A stretch of DNA of 64,000 nt from Candidatus Gastranaerophilales bacterium (GTDB lineage Bacteria > Cyanobacteriota > Vampirovibrionia > Gastranaerophilales > Gastranaerophilaceae): assembly GCA_944322975.1 (NCBI GenBank), contig CALUQS010000038.1, positions 190-64,189 of the forward strand. The letters run 5' to 3'. The notes below the pieces were generated by a model that saw only the letters and a program-made list of their open reading frames with translations, ran no database searches and was not told the DNA's origin. Positions within the stretch are counted from its first letter, which is position 1; each line of letters begins with the position of its first letter. This document shows, piece by piece, positions 17,930-27,553 of the stretch. A program made the translations under genes and the position numbers.

Positions 17930-20900
17930 ATGAAAGCGCTAAAATGGATTTTAATATCTCTTTGCACTATGTCAGCAGCTTGCTATCTGGCTATTTATCT
18001 TGCTTTGCCGTACTTTTTAAACAAACACGATTATTCTAAGCTTCTCACCAAAATAATAAATAACCAGACCGGTCTGATTGTTAATATTCATAATTACAAA
18101 CTTTCTGTGTCACCTGCTTTGAATATTAACTTTAAAGCAGATGAAATACGTGCTTTTTATCCGGACAATAGGCTGTTTCTTATTATAAATAAATCCGATA
18201 TAACTGTATCTACTCTGTATCTTCTAAAAAAAGAAATCAAACTGAATAAGGCAAAGGCTCAAAAATTCCAGTTTTCGACAAAACTGCTAAAAAACGGCAA
18301 GACAAGCTTTCAAGAGTATCTTGAGACAAATATAAAAAAATCCGATAATACTTATAAATTTTCTAAAAAACTTCCTGATATATATGTTGACAGTTATATA
18401 GTAAAGCTAAAAGATAAGGAATCAGGTCAAAAATTCAAACTTAAAGGTAAGAATTACAAATCCCGTCAGAGTCTTGATTTTAAAAACATTATTATAGAAA
18501 CACAGGGCGATTTATACTGTTTTAACAAAAAGTATCTTCACTACACTGCAAAGGTAAACGTACCGGCTGTTTTGTTTGAAAATACCGATAAAATGTTTTT
18601 TGATTTTACAATAGATGAGCTTTATAAATACGATTTTTCAGCTGATGTAAATACTGATTTACGAATCCATGTAAAAGACAAAAAATTTGACTACATCAGC
18701 GGCAAAGCTGATGTAAATAATTTCCGTATAAAACTTGGCAAAAAAACTTTGCCCCCCAGCTTTTTCCATATAGTTTTCACCAAAGATAACGCAAAGTTAA
18801 TTTCAAAATTTTATACTGATACAAATGAGTTAACAGATATCAGTGCAGATATAAAGCTTTCAAAGCCGCATAAAATCTATATGATATGCAAATGCCCCAA
18901 AGCTGACATATCTAATCTGCAAAATACTATCGTTCCGGTATTGAATCTTTTTAAAATAAAAAATAACCTTTCTGAATTTAAAATGAAAGGGAAACTCAGT
19001 GCTGATTTTAAGCTGCAAACAGATTTGAAATCAATTACATCAAACGGTACACTCAATATATCTAATGCCGCAATTACTCATAAAAAAATCCCTCTTGAAA
19101 TTTCCGGAATAAATGCTATAGTCGATTTTTCAAATAATGCTGTAAATATAAAAAAATCAGATATTCTTGTAAACTCACAGCCGCTTAAAATTACCGGAAG
19201 TATCGACAAACACGCTGTCGGCGATATAACAGTTACTGCTGAAAACCTTGCGCTAAATCACATTATGAACGCATTCCCTGTGCTAAAACCCGACAAAAAT
19301 ATTACGGTAACATCTGGTACTGTTACTTTAGCTTCGCACATAAAAGGCAAACTTAATTCAATAAAACCTGTGTTAAAATTGACAATAAACAATTTTTCAG
19401 CAGCAGAAACAACAAATAAATTAAATATATCTGTTAAAGAAATCCTTGTTAACGCAACAAGCCAAAAAGATAAATATACAGGCTCTATTGATGTTAAAAA
19501 TATAACATGTAAATCAGAGAAACTGCCGCAAGGTGTTGATACTATAAATACAGATATTGTTTCTGCTAAAATCACTAACGATAAAATAGAGATTTTGCCC
19601 TCAAAAATAAATGCCGGTAAAGCCAAATTAACATTGTCAGGTAATATAACAGATTATCAGGACTCTCCTAAATCTGACCTCGTCATAAAAGGTACTATAG
19701 ACAGTTTGTTTTTGAAAAGTCTGATTTTTTCAGACGTTGACATGAGAGCAAAAGGCTATTTGCCTCTAAAAGTGTGTGTTAAATCTGCAAACAATAATAC
19801 TGACTTAAATATAAAATTGCTGGCTAATACAAATAATTACGTTACTCCTGTTAAGGTAAAAAGTTTTGACAGTACAACAACTCTTACTGAAATAAAAGCA
19901 GCTGTTAATGATGATATTCTCTCAATTGACGATGCAACAATGTATTATGCAGGCAATACAAACAGCCTGTTAAAAGATATTGATGTAACAAAACTGAAAA
20001 AAGCTGTAACGGCTAAAGGTAAAATAATAAACATTACAACTTCACCGGTGATTGAAAAATTGACGGTTGTAACGCCTGCTCAACTGGTAATATACATTCC
20101 TGAAACTAAAGACGGAACACTAAATTTAACAGCCAGTATAACAGCAAGCGGCAACTTGAATTCTCCGGCAATCGGCGGAAATATTATTGTTTCTGAAATA
20201 TCAGTACCGTCACTGTTCGTGAAGGCAGAAAAGGCTGTAATAGACTTAAAACAAAATTTGATTAATGCCAAAATAGAAACATTAAAAATTAAAGATACAA
20301 ATTTAAGCCTGGAGCTTAAAGCAAAGCCTGATATTTGGCAAACTAAAAAGGTCGATTATATAAAACTTAACTCTTCTTATATAGATATGGATTATTTACA
20401 GGAGGTGTTATCAGTTTTAACGCCGGCAAAATACGCGCCGGGTAATGATTTCCCCTATACAATATCCTCTGGAGATTTAGATATAAAAGCCTTTAAAATG
20501 GGTGCAATTAAGGCTGAAAACATTACGGCAAAAATCACCGCTGAAAAGAATAATCTTTATATAAACAAACTTTTTGCTGATGCATACGGCGGGAAAGCAG
20601 CAGCAAAAATTACATATAATTTCCCGTATACAAATATTAATGCTGTTATACAGGCAAGAGGGTTAAATGCTGCCTCTGCAGCAGCTTCGTTTTTGCCTGC
20701 TGATAAAGGAATATCAGGAACATTGGATTTTGATGCTTCAATAAATATGATTGGCATAACTACACAACAACAGCTAAACACCCTGAAAGGCAGTGCAGAT
20801 GTTCTTATAAGAAACGGAAGATTGGGGCAGCTTGGCCGGTTTGAGCATTTCTTATACGCTCAAAATCTTTTGTCTCAAAAACTTATTTATGCCAGCTTAA

Positions 20901-21526
20901 ACAGCGCTAAACAGGCAATAAGTCCTCAAGATACCGGAGTCATATCTTATCTGAAAGGTAAAATTAAGTTTTCTTCAGGGTACGCACACTTAAACCCTGT
21001 TTTAACCTCCGGTCCAAAGATGAGTATGTTTATAAAAGGTAAAATTAATCTTATTAATGAAGATGTTGACTTAAAAATACTGGGCAAAATTTCTTCAGAA
21101 GTTTCAAGTTCACTTGGCTTGCTGGGTTCAATGACAATAAAAGATTTTCTTGATGAACATACAAAATACGGCTCTGTTGTCGCTAATTTGTTTAATTCTT
21201 ATAATACTGAACTTCCGGAAATTGATATAAGCAAGATACCTGCGCTCAGTCCGGATTATAAATACCAGACAAAGAATTTTCTTGTTTTAATAACAGGCGC
21301 ACCTGACAGCGTGAAATCAGTAAAATCTTTTACCTGGGTAAATCCTATTGGTACAAAGGAAAAAATTCTCACCGAAAAAGTAAAAAAAGCCATAAATGAG
21401 GCGCTGCCGGATAAAAGTCCAAAAGACAACAGCAGCAATCTTCCTGCTCCGCAGCCGCAGGTGCAAACCAAACCTTCACCTAAAACTCCGGACTTTTTAG
21501 ACAATATACCCGATGATTTCAGATAA
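17930..21526 (+). CDS. Large AsmA/TamB-like envelope protein
   Basis: 1198 aa. A single N-terminal anchor (ILISLCTMSAACYLAIYLALPYFL) followed by >1000 aa of beta-rich repetitive sequence and a P/Q-rich tail. Assigned by architecture only. Confidence 0.5.
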   Translation: MKALKWILISLCTMSAACYLAIYLALPYFLNKHDYSKLLTKIINNQTGLIVNIHNYKLSVSPALNINFKADEIRAFYPDNRLFLIINKSDITVSTLYLLKKEIKLNKAKAQKFQFSTKLLKNGKTSFQEYLETNIKKSDNTYKFSKKLPDIYVDSYIVKLKDKESGQKFKLKGKNYKSRQSLDFKNIIIETQGDLYCFNKKYLHYTAKVNVPAVLFENTDKMFFDFTIDELYKYDFSADVNTDLRIHVKDKKFDYISGKADVNNFRIKLGKKTLPPSFFHIVFTKDNAKLISKFYTDTNELTDISADIKLSKPHKIYMICKCPKADISNLQNTIVPVLNLFKIKNNLSEFKMKGKLSADFKLQTDLKSITSNGTLNISNAAITHKKIPLEISGINAIVDFSNNAVNIKKSDILVNSQPLKITGSIDKHAVGDITVTAENLALNHIMNAFPVLKPDKNITVTSGTVTLASHIKGKLNSIKPVLKLTINNFSAAETTNKLNISVKEILVNATSQKDKYTGSIDVKNITCKSEKLPQGVDTINTDIVSAKITNDKIEILPSKINAGKAKLTLSGNITDYQDSPKSDLVIKGTIDSLFLKSLIFSDVDMRAKGYLPLKVCVKSANNNTDLNIKLLANTNNYVTPVKVKSFDSTTTLTEIKAAVNDDILSIDDATMYYAGNTNSLLKDIDVTKLKKAVTAKGKIINITTSPVIEKLTVVTPAQLVIYIPETKDGTLNLTASITASGNLNSPAIGGNIIVSEISVPSLFVKAEKAVIDLKQNLINAKIETLKIKDTNLSLELKAKPDIWQTKKVDYIKLNSSYIDMDYLQEVLSVLTPAKYAPGNDFPYTISSGDLDIKAFKMGAIKAENITAKITAEKNNLYINKLFADAYGGKAAAKITYNFPYTNINAVIQARGLNAASAAASFLPADKGISGTLDFDASINMIGITTQQQLNTLKGSADVLIRNGRLGQLGRFEHFLYAQNLLSQKLIYASLNSAKQAISPQDTGVISYLKGKIKFSSGYAHLNPVLTSGPKMSMFIKGKINLINEDVDLKILGKISSEVSSSLGLLGSMTIKDFLDEHTKYGSVVANLFNSYNTELPEIDISKIPALSPDYKYQTKNFLVLITGAPDSVKSVKSFTWVNPIGTKEKILTEKVKKAINEALPDKSPKDNSSNLPAPQPQVQTKPSPKTPDFLDNIPDDFR

Positions 21527-21527
21527 A

Positions 21528-23123
21528 CTATTCGTGGATGATTCTTCCGTCTTCGTGGATGTCTATAGGTTTTCCGTTAAACGATTTTATGTAGTCTATA
21601 AGCATCTGGGTTTCATTCTTTTCACATTTATGTATAATTTTTTCTGGGCACGCTAATGCTTCTAACCCTTCACTGCCGCCTGCAACAAAGGTATTGTATG
21701 CTACTTTAAAGAATTTGTCGCTGCTCGGGGTCTGTGAGTTTAAAGGAATCTGTGTGCCGTCTTTTTTTACAAGCACTACATCTTTGACTTTTTCATCTTT
21801 TCCTATTCTGTACCTTAAACCGCTAACCTGCAGTGCACCTGTTCTGTGGTATTTGCTTGTTGCCTGAATAGCGCTGTTTAAGACATCTATTATATCTTTT
21901 TCACTGAGTTTGTAGACATTTACGTCGTTATAAAACGGCATTAAATCCATAATGTCTCTGTCAGTGACTGGGCCGGGCGGAAGACTTGCACGTATTCCTC
22001 CCATATTGTTAAAAACAAAGTCAGCATCAGAGTATTGTAAATAAGCATCGCTTAAAAATGCACTTAACGGACTTTCTTCAAGAACAGTTTCCGGCTTTGA
22101 TTTAACCTCATGAGCTATTACGCCGATTGTTTCCGGAGCACCCAGTGCAATATCTTCCATAGTTTTTATAACAAGGTTTTCAGGCTGCTTATCGAGATTT
22201 TTTATTTCATTTTTTGCCTGTATTATTCTGCCGTTCTTGTCGTAAACAACATCGAGCACTCCGTATGCGTGTCCGTTTTTACCTGCCTGGGTAATAATTA
22301 CCCATTCTCCTCTCGGCGATTTAAACAGGTTTTTACCTGCAACAAGACCGTCAAAAGTGTCATGCGAATGTCCGTCGTTAATGATATCTATGCCTGAGAC
22401 ATTCTTTGCTATTTGAACAGAAGCGTCTTTTCCAAGGTGAGAAACTAGCTTTATTATATTTACACCTTGTTTTTCCAGTTTATCTACTTCTTTTTGGACA
22501 GCTGCCTGTGTTTCTTTAAGATTTAAAATCTTTATATCTTTTGTACCTTCTTTACTCTGTGTACTCAGTCTTGAGAATAAATCACAGGGAACTACTCCGA
22601 TATAACCGATTTTTTTGCCGTTTTCTTCAACAATCATTGATGATGCCAAACGTCCTGCATCTATATCGTCTTTTAATGAATATGAAGCGATACTGGCATT
22701 GTCTTTAGGCTGCATATTTAAAGCAAGGGTTTTAAATTTGGCAAAATCAAGCATTTCTGACAACCCCTGCGCTCCCTTATAATCGAGATTGTGATTTCCC
22801 GGTACAGCTGCAGTAACGTTACACATGTTCATCATTTTTACAATAGCAATATTTTTATCTCTGTTGGAGCCCACCCATTCATCACCAGACATTATTACGT
22901 CTCCGGTCGGGTTTTCAAGTTTAAATCTGTCAGATACTGTTTTAAACTTTCTGAATGCATTAAAATGACCGTGGAAATCATTTCCGTATAGGGTTTTTTG
23001 TCTGAATTCACCGTTGTTTTTCTGAACTGGTTTGTTAGACGTGCCATTATAAGCAGACGGCATAGTCTGAATATTTTGGGGAACAGGTGTATAAAAACGA
23101 TTAAAATTGCTATTAATGAACAT
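21528..23123 (-). CDS. Bifunctional metallophosphatase / 5'-nucleotidase (UshA-like)
   Basis: Calcineurin-like motifs GNDFHGH, GDEWVG, GNHNLDY, SHLG and GHSHD, plus a C-terminal 5'-nucleotidase domain. Start placed at the internal ATG (MFINSNF); the track start 23159 is a GTG. Confidence 0.85.
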   Translation of the reverse strand: MFINSNFNRFYTPVPQNIQTMPSAYNGTSNKPVQKNNGEFRQKTLYGNDFHGHFNAFRKFKTVSDRFKLENPTGDVIMSGDEWVGSNRDKNIAIVKMMNMCNVTAAVPGNHNLDYKGAQGLSEMLDFAKFKTLALNMQPKDNASIASYSLKDDIDAGRLASSMIVEENGKKIGYIGVVPCDLFSRLSTQSKEGTKDIKILNLKETQAAVQKEVDKLEKQGVNIIKLVSHLGKDASVQIAKNVSGIDIINDGHSHDTFDGLVAGKNLFKSPRGEWVIITQAGKNGHAYGVLDVVYDKNGRIIQAKNEIKNLDKQPENLVIKTMEDIALGAPETIGVIAHEVKSKPETVLEESPLSAFLSDAYLQYSDADFVFNNMGGIRASLPPGPVTDRDIMDLMPFYNDVNVYKLSEKDIIDVLNSAIQATSKYHRTGALQVSGLRYRIGKDEKVKDVVLVKKDGTQIPLNSQTPSSDKFFKVAYNTFVAGGSEGLEALACPEKIIHKCEKNETQMLIDYIKSFNGKPIDIHEDGRIIHE

Positions 23124-23276
23124 ATAAAATCCGCCACTTTTGTCACTTATATAAAACACCTGAGTCTCAAAATTTGCCAGAGTGTTAACATTTGTTTACA
23201 AATAACAAAATTGAGTAAATTTATTTAAAGCAAATGTTTTTATATAAATAAGGTTAGATATAGGAAGTTTAATATT

Positions 23277-24587
23277 ATGGTCAATGGTATTTCAGGTCAA
23301 AATCAAAATTATTCAGCATTTTACAGAGCAGCTGTTGGTAACGCTATAGTTAACCAGAATGATGTTAAAAATATGGTTAATTTTTTAAACGGACAGCCTG
23401 TTACAGTAATTCCTGAACCTACTATTTCGGAAGTTGCTCTTCAATCTTTGCCTTTTGCTGCTGCTATTGGGGGTATACAGGCATTTAATATCTGGAAAAA
23501 TAACGGACTTAGCGGGCAGGAGCTTGAAGATTTCCAAAATGCAAGAAAAGCCGGAACCGCAAAAGGCTATAACATAAAAGAAACTATAAAAAATGTTAAA
23601 GCAGCACATCCATATACACAAAGAAGCGAAGCTTTAAAATCAGGTCTGGATAATTTGAAAAAAGAATACGGCGACATATTGAAAAAGCATGTAACACCAA
23701 ATGAAGCAAGAGCGCCGTTCAAAATTGGAAAAGCTTTAGACTATATTCCAGGATATAAAAAATTAAGAACAACCGGTTTTGGGCAAGTAATGGGAAAATC
23801 CGGTGCAGGCTGGATGACTGCATTAGATGGCGGAGTAAAATTGTTCTCTGAGGTTATCCCAACATTCCAGGAGCTTGGATTCTCCGCCGGTATGAAACAA
23901 GTTGCCAAAACAGGTACTCAAGTTATTGCAGGCGGTGCAGGATGGTTAGCAGGTGATGCTATAGGTACAGTAATCGGCACAGCATTAGGTACTGCTATAT
24001 GTCCCGGTGTAGGTACAGCTGTTGGCGGATTTTTAGGTAGATTTATCTGCGGTATGGTTGGCAGTGCAGTTGCCGCAAAAGCAGCTAAAGCAGTTACAGG
24101 CAAAAACGAATTAGAAAAAGTACAGGAACAGAAAATGTCTGAGATTACACAGCAGATTGACAGTAATCCTGAAACAAAACTCGCTTTAGCTCAGCAAGCT
24201 CTTGCTGCGGCAGAACAAATTCTCGCTCAGGAACCTAAAAATAAAGATGCACTTGCAGCTAAAGCATCTGCTGAAAAAGTAATAGCTGAATATAAGTCAT
24301 CGGATTCCCGGCAGGCACAAACTCAGATGAATACTCAGCCTGCACCATCACAATTAGCTTATGCACCGCTGTTTGAAGGTATTCCTGTAGTCCCAGGGTT
24401 TAACGGTGTTGATTACGATTTGAATATATACAATCAGGCAATGTCAAATGTTTCATTGCCTGCAGCTAACCAGTCATTGTTCTTTAATCCGGCATTTGCT
24501 ACTCAAACAACATCAAATCTGTTCGGTCAGCCGGCATTAACTCAACAGCAAACTACACAACAAACTACACAACAAATAGCTAAATAA
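23277..24587 (+). CDS. Hypothetical protein with a central glycine-zipper hydrophobic region and a Q/T-rich tail
   Basis: 436 aa. GGAGWLAGDAIGTVIGTALGTAICPGVGTAVGGFLGRFICGMVGSAVAA, an A/Q-rich coiled region and a C-terminal QQQTTQQTTQQ. Confidence 0.55.
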   Translation: MVNGISGQNQNYSAFYRAAVGNAIVNQNDVKNMVNFLNGQPVTVIPEPTISEVALQSLPFAAAIGGIQAFNIWKNNGLSGQELEDFQNARKAGTAKGYNIKETIKNVKAAHPYTQRSEALKSGLDNLKKEYGDILKKHVTPNEARAPFKIGKALDYIPGYKKLRTTGFGQVMGKSGAGWMTALDGGVKLFSEVIPTFQELGFSAGMKQVAKTGTQVIAGGAGWLAGDAIGTVIGTALGTAICPGVGTAVGGFLGRFICGMVGSAVAAKAAKAVTGKNELEKVQEQKMSEITQQIDSNPETKLALAQQALAAAEQILAQEPKNKDALAAKASAEKVIAEYKSSDSRQAQTQMNTQPAPSQLAYAPLFEGIPVVPGFNGVDYDLNIYNQAMSNVSLPAANQSLFFNPAFATQTTSNLFGQPALTQQQTTQQTTQQIAK

Positions 24588-24618
24588 TTCCTATATAAAT
24601 AAACTAACCAATAAAAAT

Positions 24619-24650
24619 GCGGTCTCGAATTTTCAAGACCGCTTTTTTTT
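24619..24650 (+). terminator. Rho-independent terminator
   Basis: GCGGTCT-N10-AGACCGC hairpin followed by TTTTTTTT. Confidence 0.75.
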
Positions 24651-24714
24651 ATAAACCTATTCCTTATTCCCCGTTAGTCCAGTATTGCGTCTAGTAATTA
24701 AAATTAAAGCTTTT

Positions 24715-24903
24715 TTAGTCCAGTAATGCCTCTAAGATTGTTGCGTTTTTCGCTGCCAGTGTGTTTTCTCTTACTTTGTTTCTGTGGATGTAAGTTCTCA
24801 GTGCTTCACGAATGAGTTCGCTTCTTGATCGGTTTTCGTTTTCAGCTACCTGATCAATTTCATCTAAAAATTTTTCTGGCATAGAAATAAGTACTCTTGA
24901 CAT
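24715..24903 (-). CDS. CopG/RHH-family DNA-binding protein
   Basis: 62 aa starting MSRVLISMPEKFLDEIDQVAENENRSRSELIREALRTYI, a ribbon-helix-helix pattern. GGAGG SD precedes this ATG; the longer tracked ORF start is unlikely. Confidence 0.75.
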   Translation of the reverse strand: MSRVLISMPEKFLDEIDQVAENENRSRSELIREALRTYIHRNKVRENTLAAKNATILEALLD

Positions 24904-25183
24904 AAAGTTTCCTCCTGTAATCTCTCGTTTTCTCTCGTGTTTTGTTTGTCTCAATCTCTTAATTATCTCTCGTATTTATATAAACAATTTTTGTTCATAA
25001 AAATTGCTTATTTTTTATATAAAAAATATATTTTTCTTAACAAAACTTCATACTTGACTTAAATGCCTGTATTGATAATCTTTTACGTATAGTTTCTTTT
25101 GATAACTATAAAAAAACTATAACTGTTACAACAAAGTAAGCCGTTATAGTTTTTCACATAAAATCTTTTTGTATGTTGTCGTA

Positions 25184-25726
25184 CTAATCATCAATAGGCA
25201 TTGTTATAATATACTTGTGCCCTGATTGTTTTTTAGTAACATTTTCTGTATCAATATCTTCCGGCAAAACAAAACTCTGTGAGAAAGAATAAACTTTGTC
25301 GGAATGCTTGCCTGACTTTTCGCCCAGACCGTTTATACTTATTTTATTTTTTTGTACATCAACGCTCACATTGTTAGGGCTGTTGTTAAAGGGTTTAAGG
25401 TCAATAATCATTTTATATGCATTTTGGGAATCATCTTTAAATGTTTCGACAGGTGATTTCATGTGCATAAGGGCGCCGTTATGCATAGGCATCGCACCCA
25501 TTGAATCAAACATTTTTTCCTGCTCGTTTATGATTCTGTCAATATTGTGCATTGGCATAGGCGGTGCATAATATGCATGGCGCATTTGATCAAGTACATA
25601 ATATACGGCAAGATAGCAGGCTATAAATAATACAAATAACACAAGTGCAAATTTAATCCAGTGCTCGGTTTTGCACACACCTTTGTTTTCCTGCGGAGTT
25701 GAAGTATTTTCTGTATTGTTTTCCAT
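25184..25726 (-). CDS. Membrane-anchored protein with an Hsp20/alpha-crystallin-like C-terminal domain
   Basis: TM helix FALVLFVLFIACYLAVYYVL, then YKMIIDLKPF..VSVDVQKNKISINGLGEK....YSFSQSFVLPEDIDTENVTKKQSGHKYIITMP, which resembles an ACD. Start placed at MENNTEN (AAGGAG SD). Confidence 0.5.
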   Translation of the reverse strand: MENNTENTSTPQENKGVCKTEHWIKFALVLFVLFIACYLAVYYVLDQMRHAYYAPPMPMHNIDRIINEQEKMFDSMGAMPMHNGALMHMKSPVETFKDDSQNAYKMIIDLKPFNNSPNNVSVDVQKNKISINGLGEKSGKHSDKVYSFSQSFVLPEDIDTENVTKKQSGHKYIITMPIDD

Positions 25727-25800
25727 TTTTTTTCTCCTTAACTGCTTTTTCACAAATATTATATTAAGGCTTAAGAAAATTTATATTAGACTTTAAGTAT

Positions 25801-26583
25801 TTATGCGGGTAATATTTTTCTCAGTCTTTCAACCATATTGTCTAAAATTACGATTTTTTCATCGTTTTGAGCGTTAAAAAGTGCCTTTAAATCCTCCTCA
25901 AAATTTTCCGGCAAGTGTCTGCAATGCTGTTTTGCATATTTTATGAGCCTTTTTTCGCCCGGATGATAAATTTCATTTGCGGCAAATATTATATCAAAAT
26001 ACGAAGCTAAAAATGCAGTTATTCGATGATTTATACTAACAGGGTCATTTCTTTTAACCGCAAGTTTGATTTGTTCAAGGTATGAGGCGCTTTTTTTATC
26101 TTTTAAAAGCATTAAATTCCTCTTTATTATGTTATTTTTAAGTTCTTGCGGATAAGCTCTTTTTATTTTATCTTGCAATGTTTTAAACCAGTTTTCTTTA
26201 TCATACAAAATTTTTGAAGTTGCTACGTTGTGCAAAAAACAGGTCGTATAACCGTTTGACGCAAAATGTTTGTCATAGACATTTTCAATACATTCTTCTA
26301 TCCAGTTTGTTGAGCGAAACATAAAATCAAACCCGCAATTGTTCTTAAAATTCCATTCATCCCCTGTTTCAAAGTACTGATTATTTATCTCATAATCATC
26401 CGTATAAGCCGCAGCCAGTTTTGTTCTAAAATCAACAGGTATATCTTTATCAGAATATACGTATATATCGTAATCAGAGAGTTCATCACTCTGGTCTGAT
26501 GTTCTTGAACCGGCCTGTACAACAGCATAAACAGAATCAAGTTTTGCATATTTGTCGGCAATTTCTTTTAATATATTCTCCAT
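25801..26583 (-). CDS. Nucleotidyltransferase-domain protein (DUF4037-like)
   Basis: AVVQAGSRTSDQSDELSDYDIYVY is a minimal NTase G[SG]-x-DxD pattern, followed by a helical C-terminal domain. Start placed at MENILKE (AAGGGGA SD). Confidence 0.6.
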   Translation of the reverse strand: MENILKEIADKYAKLDSVYAVVQAGSRTSDQSDELSDYDIYVYSDKDIPVDFRTKLAAAYTDDYEINNQYFETGDEWNFKNNCGFDFMFRSTNWIEECIENVYDKHFASNGYTTCFLHNVATSKILYDKENWFKTLQDKIKRAYPQELKNNIIKRNLMLLKDKKSASYLEQIKLAVKRNDPVSINHRITAFLASYFDIIFAANEIYHPGEKRLIKYAKQHCRHLPENFEEDLKALFNAQNDEKIVILDNMVERLRKILPA

Positions 26584-26674
26584 ATAATAATTCCCCTTAA
26601 TGTTTTTACACAATATTTTACAATATTATATTTAAAATTTCTTCTTAAGAAATTATATGCTATAAAATTATTAT

Positions 26675-27553
26675 ATGAAAAAATTAGTAGCGAGTTTAAT
26701 AGTACTATCTAACCTTTTTTGTTGTTCTTTTGCTGATGAAATAGAACTTAACAATATAAATAAACACGAGGTGGAATACACACCTAAAGTTCAAAAAGAG
26801 ACAAAAGAACTGACAATAGACAAGGATGAGGCGTTAAAAGGCATTGCAGATATGCAGCAAAAAAAAGATATCGAAGATATAGAAATGCTGTGGGAAGCTA
26901 CCGTAGAAAATAACAGCCTTATAAAATTTGCAATGAAAAAGCTGTCTATTCCTCCGGAACAGCAGCGTTATCATTCTTCATTGCTGGCCAAATCAGCTGC
27001 CGCGCTGATTAACGGAGCCTCATTTGTGCCTGCGTTTTTTGGCGCTAATTATATGGTGCAATCAGCTTCTTACGCTACCGGAAGACTCGCAAACAACTAT
27101 CTTGCCAAGGTTAATAACCCTAAAGAAATCCCTCTTACTGATACTGAATTAATTGAACTTGCAGGAATGATTGAATCTTTGCAAGACCAGATAATAAATT
27201 CGTATTACAACTATAAAATGGCATTAAGTCAGGTAAAAGACACCAGACAAAGGCTTGTTTTATATAACAAAAATTATTCAGCTGCGCTAAAGAAAGCACA
27301 AAGCGGCGCACCTGCGGACAAAATGGAGATGCTTGTATCAGGTGCGATGTATGACGACTTATTGTTTCAGGAATTTGAACAAACAAGAGAAGTCCGCAGG
27401 TATCAATTAGATTTAGAGCGTCTGGCAGGGAAAAAAACAGTGCAAAATTTGAATTTATACCAGTACGCCTTTAAAAACGAACTCTTTACCTCAACAGGTG
27501 CAGCAAAGTCAGAAAGTAATAAAACCAGAGGTGCAAAAAATGAAAAGAAATAG
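26675..27553 (+). CDS. Secreted coiled-coil protein, paralogue of 27540..28439
   Basis: Signal peptide MKKLVASLIVLSNLFCCSFA. Collinear similarity to the next ORF (IEMLWEATVENNSLIKFAMKKLS vs IQLLWIGAAQNSQTVKFIVYKLS; LIELAGMIESLQDQIINSYYNY vs VVLIRKIEELQRKIIFYYFDY). Confidence 0.6.
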   Translation: MKKLVASLIVLSNLFCCSFADEIELNNINKHEVEYTPKVQKETKELTIDKDEALKGIADMQQKKDIEDIEMLWEATVENNSLIKFAMKKLSIPPEQQRYHSSLLAKSAAALINGASFVPAFFGANYMVQSASYATGRLANNYLAKVNNPKEIPLTDTELIELAGMIESLQDQIINSYYNYKMALSQVKDTRQRLVLYNKNYSAALKKAQSGAPADKMEMLVSGAMYDDLLFQEFEQTREVRRYQLDLERLAGKKTVQNLNLYQYAFKNELFTSTGAAKSESNKTRGAKNEKK

